Of a stretch of DNA of 13,486 nt, positions 7,706 through 13,486 are shown in pieces (within the stretch, counting starts at the first letter, position 1; every line of letters starts with the position of its first letter). Below the pieces are notes generated by a model. It worked only from the letters and a program-made list of their open reading frames with translations, did no database searches and was not told where the DNA came from. The DNA is from a virus. Taxonomy: Duplodnaviria > Heunggongvirae > Uroviricota > Caudoviricetes. Position numbers and translations under genes: made by a program. The DNA lies in the IMG/VR virus record IMGVR_UViG_2534681899_000005, one strand, 5' to 3'.

Positions 7706-8514
7706 TTGTTGATCTCCGTGATGTCATCGAGCAACATGTTGGCCTTATCAATCATCGTTTCGTGGAACTCATTCGACACAACAGACTTATCACCTGCGGC
7801 AATCTTTCCCGCTGCCTCTCCCTGTGCATATTCCCCGCGATGCTTAGCCCTGGTTGATTTCGTAGCAGCGTTGCCAGCGTTGCTACCCTCTTTAGCACTG
7901 TTAACAGCGCCCTTTTGCTGTGTTTTATTCACCTTCTTACTGTTAGTGAAAACTCCGGCATTTTCGACCATCTTCACCTTGAAGGTGCGGAATTCTTCAA
8001 AAGTGCAATCAATAGTGATGCAGTCACCAGAGGAAGAGCTACGCTTAACTTCACATTTCGTCATGATGAAGTTCTCAAGGAGTCCGGCATCTTCACTTAC
8101 CAGGCTAACTAGCTGGCGCTTGTCTCTCATTTCCATAAGTGCCTGAACAGCGGCAGCAGGGCGCATAGATTCACGGGGATTATCTGGATCAGTGTTCCGG
8201 TCGATGTAGTTCTCTTTCCGGATGATATGAGGGGAAGAGGTAATAATGCCCGTAAAGCTGACAGATTTATCTTTAATGACGGCATGGTCTGACATGGTGG
8301 TGCCATCCTCGACCGCATAGCTCGATTTCTCGACAGGGAACGAATAGCTGACATCAGAGATTGAGTCAAAGAAGATAGCCACGTTATCGGTATAGTTGAA
8401 GCCATCCATTATATTTTTGTTTTGTGAATATCCCCCACACATAACAGTGAATGCAGGAGATCTCGATTCAGCTTGTTTTGCAGCTGTCAGAGCATCACTA
8501 GCCATATTAAACAT
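7702..8514 (-). CDS. Hypothetical protein, possibly phage structural (270 aa)
   Basis: Long ORF in the capsid operon, translationally coupled to the next gene; C-terminal half is low-complexity K/A/G/N-rich; no family recognised. Confidence 0.45.
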   Translation of the reverse strand: MFNMASDALTAAKQAESRSPAFTVMCGGYSQNKNIMDGFNYTDNVAIFFDSISDVSYSFPVEKSSYAVEDGTTMSDHAVIKDKSVSFTGIITSSPHIIRKENYIDRNTDPDNPRESMRPAAAVQALMEMRDKRQLVSLVSEDAGLLENFIMTKCEVKRSSSSGDCITIDCTFEEFRTFKVKMVENAGVFTNSKKVNKTQQKGAVNSAKEGSNAGNAATKSTRAKHRGEYAQGEAAGKIAAGDKSVVSNEFHETMIDKANMLLDDITEINK

Positions 8515-8610
8515 GCCTCCAAAATGAATCTTTTCGTTGCCCTGCTTAAAATCTGCAGAAAATACAGGGCAGTTATTCGTTAGAATCGCTTATAGCTCTT
8601 CCCGAGAGCG

Positions 8611-8862
8611 TTATTTTGCAAAACGATTATGCGCATTCAGGGCTTTTTTGCGGTCCTGGGCTTGTTTGCGTGCAATAAAATGTTCGAAAGTCTCGGCCCA
8701 GGTGCATTTATTATATTCACGGTATTTATGCATAGCCTGGCGGCTAACGTCATAGCAGGCGGCAAATGTGGAGATACGCAGGAATTCCGGCAGATCCTCG
8801 TCATCGATATGGATAATATCAAAAGGCACGTCGTCACGGTCGCCGTATAAAACAATTTTCAT
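8611..8862 (-). CDS. Hypothetical small protein (83 aa from ATG; track ORF extends to GTG at 8871)
   Basis: GAGGTG RBS 6 nt before the ATG (complement of 8860-8862); acidic N-terminus, basic C-terminus with a possible HTH (FAACYDVSRQAMHKYRE). Confidence 0.4.
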   Translation of the reverse strand: MKIVLYGDRDDVPFDIIHIDDEDLPEFLRISTFAACYDVSRQAMHKYREYNKCTWAETFEHFIARKQAQDRKKALNAHNRFAK

Positions 8863-8975
8863 AAAAGACACCTCAAAAACTTAAGACGGGGATAATAAAA
8901 AAGGGAAGAGGGAAAGACCTATCCCCGATCTCTCACCTCTTCCCTTTGCTTTTATTTGGCCTTCGAAGAAGGACC

Positions 8976-10022
8976 TTATTTAGCCTTGGCTTTTGCCAGA
9001 GCAGCGGCGGCGGAGTTACTAACACTCACTTTAACCACAACTTCAGGCATCATGTTCATGAAAGCATAAGAGGATTCAATGAAGATTTCTCGTTTACCTC
9101 TGGACTCTTCCATATACATGAAAGCTTCACGTGCAGCGCCGTTTGCAAGCTTCAGGTTGCGAGCGCAAGGGCCGAAAAATTGAGTATAAACGCCCACCAT
9201 ATCGCCTAACGCATGCGGCTGGAACTGTGGGACCAGATAAGCAGTATTCTCTGGCAGACTATCCATTTGCACCACACGCAGAGCTAAGCCTGGAATGCGG
9301 AAAGTCGGGAAGCCCGGCAGAATATCCTCAGGGAACATCAGACCTTTATCGGTAATATTCTGATTGCCGAACAACAGCACTTTTCGCAACAGTTCATCAG
9401 TCTGAATTGCAGCAAAGAGTTCAGCACGGCAGAACAGGGTGAAACCACGCAGAGCACGAACGACACCACGCTGTTTAACCTTGCTCAGTGCAACCAGGTC
9501 CTGCAGTTGTTTGAGGATGTCTTGAGCTAGATCCACTTCAGAGGTGGACTGTTCCACGCCCAGCAGTTCGCACACATTCAGTTCTTTACCCTTGGTGAGG
9601 ATAATTTTGTTCTCAAAGAGAGCAAGCTGGCGTGCTTCTTCGTGGGTCTGGCGTAAGCCTTCACCCAACTGAATAACACGACGAGCGGTTACAGACTCTA
9701 AATTCTCTTCGGAATCTTTGCCCGGAACACGGATACCTTGCCAGTCAGAAGGATAAATAGCACTTGATGCGGCAGTGAATGCCATATCACCCGTGCCCGT
9801 TTCACGCTCATCTGCGGTAATGGTAGCCATCTGTTCACCGTAGCGCGGATACTGACCGAAAGCGGATTGTTTCACCTGGCGAACTTTGTCATATTCAAAT
9901 TTAAAGGTATTGCACAGAGCAGTAGTGTTGAAGATATCCATTGCTGAAATAATCTGGTTATCCAGCGGGATATCTTTAATCAGACCACACAGATCGCGAA
10001 CTTCGAATTCTTTCTTAGCCAT
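8976..10022 (-). CDS. Putative major capsid protein, lambda gpE-like (348 aa)
   Basis: ATG (complement of 10020-10022) with AAGGAGG RBS 6 nt upstream; the track ORF starts at in-frame TTG. Size and C-terminal segment (..KREIFIESSYAFMNMMPEVVVKV..) resemble lambda E-family capsid proteins as recalled; follows a ~110-aa gene as in lambda D-E. Not searched. Confidence 0.45.
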   Translation of the reverse strand: MAKKEFEVRDLCGLIKDIPLDNQIISAMDIFNTTALCNTFKFEYDKVRQVKQSAFGQYPRYGEQMATITADERETGTGDMAFTAASSAIYPSDWQGIRVPGKDSEENLESVTARRVIQLGEGLRQTHEEARQLALFENKIILTKGKELNVCELLGVEQSTSEVDLAQDILKQLQDLVALSKVKQRGVVRALRGFTLFCRAELFAAIQTDELLRKVLLFGNQNITDKGLMFPEDILPGFPTFRIPGLALRVVQMDSLPENTAYLVPQFQPHALGDMVGVYTQFFGPCARNLKLANGAAREAFMYMEESRGKREIFIESSYAFMNMMPEVVVKVSVSNSAAAALAKAKAK

Positions 10023-10033
10023 TTTCAACCTCC

Positions 10034-10369
10034 TTATTGTGCAACACGCAAATCGCCATTGCTGGCAGCAATAACAGCGGCTAAGCCGTCTTTATCCACG
10101 TAGGCCGGATTGATATAACAGCCCTTGTTGGCAACAACGATAAAAGCGTCGCCAACTTCAGCACGTTCTACAACCAGCAGCGGAGTTTTATCTGTGTGCG
10201 TTGCTTTAACGAAGGTCTCAACCTCGCCAGCCTCAGTTACCACAACAACAGTGCCAGCCGGAATCTCAGCTTTAACTTTGTTTTTAATTTCAACGTCGCG
10301 AATACTAAATTGCTCATCTGCGGCGTATGAAATGATGTGTCCGCGTGTGCGGATAGTCATATCTTTCAT
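10034..10369 (-). CDS. Putative head decoration protein, lambda gpD-like (111 aa)
   Basis: AGGTGA RBS then ATG (complement of 10367-10369); beta-rich small protein directly upstream of the capsid candidate; first gene after the promoter. Confidence 0.35.
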   Translation of the reverse strand: MKDMTIRTRGHIISYAADEQFSIRDVEIKNKVKAEIPAGTVVVVTEAGEVETFVKATHTDKTPLLVVERAEVGDAFIVVANKGCYINPAYVDKDGLAAVIAASNGDLRVAQ

Positions 10370-10667
10370 TTGATCACCTGCGATTTAAATTAACTCCCCT
10401 CAAAGAGTTCCGGTATAACCTCTCAAACCACGACAGGCTCGGGCCGAAAAGTTATGCCGGAAATCTAAAGGGAAATTGATACAAGGAGAGGGAGATAGCC
10501 CCGCACCGTCCAAGCGGGGGCTATTCCACATGGGGAAACCGACAACAGTCGGATGATAGTTCACAGTATGATTACGGTTACTAGAGAGCACTATCACGAA
10601 AGGCACTCCCCCGGATCAGTTCAGGCTGCGGTCACATCAGCGGGGAAATACCTTTCGGGATAGCTAC

Positions 10668-10701
10668 CCACACAGAAAACCCGCAAAAGAAAACTGTGTG
10701 G
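10668..10701. promoter_or_regulatory. Inverted repeat CCACACAG-N18-CTGTGTGG in the capsid-operon leader
   Basis: Perfect 8-bp arms at 10668-10675 and 10694-10701; lies in the roughly 480-nt leader between promoter and decoration gene; overlaps TGTGGATAA. Confidence 0.35.
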
Positions 10702-10850
10702 ATAACTAGCCCAATAGGAGAATTAATCGACCACTCAACGATGATCAGGGTAGTGTTATTTATAAGGCGGCACCGCTACCTGGTCGCCTTTACTTTGGAG
10801 GAAAATACGGCAAATCAAGATCTTCTCAAATGATATTGATTCCATACTAT

Positions 10851-10870
10851 ACTGTATATTATATCAGTAT
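10851..10870. promoter_or_regulatory. LexA-box-like palindrome (SOS operator candidate)
   Basis: Minus strand reads TACTGATATAATATACAGTA, which keeps CTG-N10-CAG with an AT-rich spacer (consensus TACTGTATATATATACAGTA); overlaps the -10 of the capsid-operon promoter. Confidence 0.5.
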
Positions 10871-10887
10871 TCTCTCAAATTGTCAAC
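10859..10887 (-). promoter_or_regulatory. Consensus sigma70 promoter for the leftward capsid operon (TTGACA-17-TATAAT)
   Basis: Minus strand reads gtgTTGACAatttgagagaatactgaTATAATat: -35 at 10882-10887, -10 at 10859-10864, exact 17-bp spacer. Confidence 0.6.
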
Positions 10888-11193
10888 ACCCTGATTATAT
10901 AAATTCTAATAATTAGCGTGGTAACTGTATTTTCAGACCTCTATCAATCCCATCAATACGTCACCCCACCCTTTAGATGCATACATCCGACCTACTTTGT
11001 AGGCTTGGCGTACTGCCAAGGTCGCAGCTATGCGACTCCTATCTATCACCACTTTATAAAGCTTGATAGATATCTTTTGATCAATATCAATGTTTTCCAG
11101 GGATTTACCCGGCTATAGTTCGAATCAAGGAAGGGGAGCATTGATAGCACCCAACCGAGCAAACAAATCAACTTCTCGCAAAAGGTGATAGTT

Positions 11194-11316
11194 ATGGGTA
11201 TCAAGAACAGTGCCAGCGCATGGCAAAAGGCCAGGTTTCATCACCCACACATTGTTAAGGCAATTGAGGTGGTTGGAGTTTTAGCCCTGATGTTAGCTCT
11301 GTGTGTGGAGGTGTGA
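11194..11316 (+). CDS. Hypothetical small hydrophobic peptide (40 aa)
   Basis: AAGGTGA RBS 6 nt before the ATG; translation MGIKNSASAWQKARFHHPHIVKAIEVVGVLALMLALCVEV has a C-terminal TM-like segment; its leader shares a 15-nt motif with the 173-aa gene leader. Confidence 0.25.
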   Translation: MGIKNSASAWQKARFHHPHIVKAIEVVGVLALMLALCVEV

Positions 11317-11380
11317 GATAGGCAAAGGAGGCAAAGCATTTTTTAATAGGTCTGGCAGTCTTAGATTTTGTATTAATCAT

Positions 11381-11423
11381 CATTGAGCGGAGTTTATGAA
11401 CAGCATTGAGAGGAGTTTATGAC
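11381..11423 (+). repeat. Tandem duplication of a translation-initiation region, with an 8-codon upstream ORF coupled by ATGA
   Basis: CATTGAGCGGAGTTTATGAA (11381-11400) is followed by a near-identical second copy (11404-11423, CATTGAGAGGAGTTTATGAC); mini-ORF 11396-11422 (MNSIERSL) stops at TGA overlapping the main ATG at 11419. Confidence 0.45.
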
Positions 11424-11679
11424 GGGGGCTAAAGATATCAGGAGACTGAGGGAAGAGCTGATAGCTGAAATTAAAGCTAAGGCAAAGCAAATGGAGATAG
11501 CCGCACAAATGGATGTAGCGGAACAGATGTACAAGATGGTTGAAGAGGGAACACCACGACAGGTTATCGCTAAAACCTTCGGTGTGGGGATCGCCACCGT
11601 GCACAGAAGGCTGAAAGCCTATGCCGACTACCACAATATCGAGAGAAAGGAGGATGGGAGATTTAAGAAGAATAAATAG
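11419..11679 (+). CDS. Small HTH DNA-binding protein (resolvase/Fis-type HTH), 86 aa
   Basis: GAGAGGAG RBS; coiled-coil-like N-terminus; C-terminal GTPRQVIAKTFGVGIATVHRRLKAY matches the Hin/resolvase-type HTH pattern; no recombinase catalytic domain. Confidence 0.5.
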   Translation: MTGAKDIRRLREELIAEIKAKAKQMEIAAQMDVAEQMYKMVEEGTPRQVIAKTFGVGIATVHRRLKAYADYHNIERKEDGRFKKNK

Positions 11680-11736
11680 TAGGAACAGTCCAACAGGTTA
11701 TTAACTAAATTCAACTTCTCGCAAAGGGGTACCATT

Positions 11737-12258
11737 ATGTTATTTCAGAAAGATAAAGAATCAGTAAATAAAAGGCTTTTTAAAGAACTGGTAAAAATGT
11801 TCTTTCAGTACACTGCAGCGTTTTTGATAGCCGGGCCTTGGTTAATGGCTATCTGTTTTTACCCTGCTACCTTGTTTATTGGCAGTAGCAAGTTCGGCGA
11901 TGGCCCGTTTCATGTGGATATTGGTTTTATAGATTCTCTCCTGATCCGTCCTATAAATGCTGTTCTCAATGCTTTCTACTTCCCCACTAGTCTAGAGGGG
12001 TGGGCGGTAACCTGGGGTGTTTTAGGCTTAGCATATGTATATTGGTTGGTTGGCTTTTTGTGGGGTGCAATCTGTGCTCTCCTCGATATTGATACAGGAT
12101 CAAGCCGTAGGAGTGGTGGTAATAATAGCGGAGCGGGTGTATATGCACATGTAGGCACCAGGGGAGCTAGTGTTACCGCAGGTACCCGATTCGCTGGCGG
12201 CTGGCTGAGCATAGGCAAACGCGGCGTTAGTTGGAGAAAAAGCAAAAAACTGTTCTGA
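11737..12258 (+). CDS. Hypothetical membrane protein (173 aa, 2-3 predicted TM helices)
   Basis: ATG 11737 with a leader containing TCAACTTCTCGCAAA; hydrophobic segments (AAFLIAGPWLMAICFYPATLFIG; GWAVTWGVLGLAYVYWLVGFLWGAICALL); Gly/Ser/Arg-rich tail; followed by a terminator. Confidence 0.5.
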   Translation: MLFQKDKESVNKRLFKELVKMFFQYTAAFLIAGPWLMAICFYPATLFIGSSKFGDGPFHVDIGFIDSLLIRPINAVLNAFYFPTSLEGWAVTWGVLGLAYVYWLVGFLWGAICALLDIDTGSSRRSGGNNSGAGVYAHVGTRGASVTAGTRFAGGWLSIGKRGVSWRKSKKLF

Positions 12259-12265
12259 CCTACCA

Positions 12266-12292
12266 GGGGGGCCATCACGGCCCCTTTTTATT
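12266..12292 (+). terminator. Rho-independent terminator
   Basis: GC stem GGGGCC / GGCCCC with loop ATCAC, followed by TTTTTATTTAT; 8 nt after the stop at 12258. Confidence 0.75.
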
Positions 12293-12366
12293 TATCCCTT
12301 ATTTACACTCCTTTCAGTCCTGATCATCACTCCCTACGGTAATGAGCAATTAACCCCTATTTAAGG

Positions 12367-12408
12367 GGTATTTAATGGGTATTTAATGCCTATTTATTGA
12401 TTTAATCC
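12367..12408. repeat. 11-bp tandem repeats (GGTATTTAATG x2 plus degenerate copies)
   Basis: GGTATTTAATG at 12367-12377 and 12378-12388, then CCTATTTATTG and ATTTAATCC; preceded by CCCCTATTTAAGGGG; related palindrome GGTATTAATACC at 12871-12882. Confidence 0.5.
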
Positions 12409-13099
12409 GTTTTATGCCACAACCGCCCGGTTGACAGAGTAAGAGAGAGGGTGTAACCCTTTTTCGTAAAACCAATAAAATCAATAGCTTAGCTCAATTG
12501 GCCTTTTCTCTGTTTTTGTCAAATTTAACATGCCCTCAAAAACTGCAAAATCTGGCTGCAAGATTATCTGCAGCTGGATTTCTTACACCTCAATTTGTGG
12601 TATCACCCTGACTAGTTTGTGCATAAAATGAACAGTTTTTAACATTTCCTATTCACCTGGTAACCACACAAAAAGCTAAAAACGAGGCACAGATAATCTT
12701 AGAGGCCTGTTTTCTTGTTATCACTCTGGGAACGTCGTAGAAGTGATTTTGATGAAAGACGGCCTACCCTATTACACCCCCATTTTTTGTTATCACAATT
12801 GCATCCTGTGCGGTATATGACTATGTGCTGAAAGCGGTCTCAGGTGTGGGTGTCAGAAATATCCATTAGCGGTATTAATACCCGTCAGATGTTCGTCTGA
12901 GGTGCCAGGCAGGCGCTCCCCTACCTCCCCTTTTTCTTCTAACAATTCTCAAATATCACACCACTGCCCACCACGTTGCTATTATGTTAATTCTTAAGCT
13001 TTGCTTTATGTTGTGCACATTATTTATTCAGGTGCGTGTACGTAAATTCTGGGCCTCCTTATCACGATTTTTAAATCAGATTTTGTAGTGCGCTTTATT

Positions 13100-13127
13100 A
13101 GTGTAGATAAGATCTATTATGTTAAAT
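13100..13127 (+). promoter_or_regulatory. Candidate Xer recombination site (dif/psi-like)
   Basis: AGTGTAGATAA-GATCTA-TTATGTTAAAT: right arm is identical to the E. coli dif XerD arm as recalled; 6-bp centre resembles pSC101 psi (GATCCA); left arm is degenerate versus GGTGCGCATAA (5 of 11). Confidence 0.35.
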
Positions 13128-13391
13128 GCAATTTTCCCAACCCTTCAAATCAATGACTTACATGTAAGCATGCACTAACACCCCACACAGCACATTAGAC
13201 GTGTAGATGTCCATATCCCACATTTTTGATTGTTTTGTAGTCATTCCCCTGATCATTTAACCAGTATAGTTTGTTCTCTGCAGACCACAAAATCGGAATT
13301 TACATCTGATTAACATAATCTGTTAGCATGATCACCATTACCCACACAACAATAACCCCATGCAAGCCTCTTCAGGCAATTTATCGGCGTG

Positions 13392-13486
13392 TTGGTGTGA
13401 ACAGTCTTTCATGTTCTTTATGTATCAGTTGTCCTGTGTGGTGATTTGGTGGACTGCCCCAGGGGCCATACTTATGATGCCCGGTC
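13392..13486. repeat. Right copy of 95-bp terminal direct repeat
   Basis: Exact match to 1-95 on the same strand. Confidence 0.9.

Larger units (their letters stand above)
1..13486. mobile_element. Candidate discrete plasmid-like / phage-satellite-like element bounded by identical 95-bp direct repeats
   Basis: Identical 95-bp repeat at both window ends; iteron array plus Rep-like gene; phage-like capsid and tape-measure genes; no integrase, terminase or portal ORF of 60 aa or more in any frame; about 30% non-coding. Confidence 0.4.

Noticed and set aside
7301-8146. Plus-strand ORFs 7301-7642, 7564-7857, 7652-8146 and 7915-8112
   Set aside because: Antisense to the tightly coupled minus-strand genes; Cys/Leu/Ser-rich low-complexity translations; no ribosome-binding sites.
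8127-9355. ORFs 8127-8405 (-), 8537-8755 (+), 8629-8850 (+), 8637-8855 (-), 8946-9209 (+), 9131-9355 (+), 9886-10074 (+) and 10125-10373 (+)
   Set aside because: Overlap better-supported minus-strand genes in other frames or antisense; no independent signals.
8976-10369. Reading the 111-aa and 350-aa minus-strand genes as a contractile tail tube and sheath pair
   Set aside because: Sheath genes normally precede tube genes and sheaths are usually larger. The small-then-350-aa order and the C-terminal sequence fit a lambda D/E-like decoration and capsid pair better. Still unverified.
10697-10705. Perfect DnaA box TGTGGATAA
   Set aside because: A single 9-mer about 3 kb from the iterons with no clustered boxes; roughly a 10% chance occurrence at this length. 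It is better explained as part of the CTGTGTGG inverted repeat.
10400-11118. ORFs 10400-10606 (-) and 10918-11118 (+)
   Set aside because: Both have GTG or poor starts without ribosome-binding sites and implausible composition. The first sits in the capsid-operon leader. The region could alternatively hold decayed pseudogene remnants.
11113-11126. tRNA T-loop-like GTTCGAATC
   Set aside because: The flanking bases cannot form a T-stem (TATAG versus CAAGG), and no acceptor or anticodon arms are nearby.
11711-11736. Programmed frameshift between the 129-aa and 78-aa genes, or other recoding, to build a longer chaperone
   Set aside because: No slippery heptamer is seen at the 4340-4352 junction, and the 78-aa gene has its own ribosome-binding site and ATG. 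No recoding signal is seen near the 173-aa gene leader either.

Overview
This 13,486-bp window reads as a compact, discrete accessory element rather than ordinary chromosome. Its two ends are an identical 95-bp direct repeat (1-95 = 13392-13486). Left arm: five 22-24-bp iterons (344-541), clustered TGTGTGG repeats, and strong sigma70-like promoters, followed by a plus-strand operon (1455-6719) encoding a small putative regulator, a Rep-like winged-helix protein with an AT-hook, five small unknown proteins, and a 708-aa tape-measure-like protein. A convergent minus-strand operon (10369-7247) encodes a lambda D-like decoration candidate, a lambda E-like major capsid candidate, two unknowns, and a gp10/Mu-G-like morphogenesis protein. 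It is driven by a perfect TTGACA-17-TATAAT promoter overlapped by a LexA-box-like CTG-N10-CAG palindrome. Right arm: a small hydrophobic ORF, an HTH protein with a coupled upstream mini-ORF, a 173-aa membrane protein, an intrinsic terminator, and about 1.1 kb of non-coding DNA holding 11-bp tandem repeats and a dif/psi-like Xer site (13100-13127). No integrase, terminase, portal, protease, tail tube or sheath ORF is present. My working hypothesis is an integrase-less, Rep/iteron-replicating, possibly Xer-dependent plasmid-like or satellite-like element carrying an SOS-inducible partial phage morphogenesis set. All protein assignments are from reading the translations by eye, with no database search, and should be treated as hypotheses.
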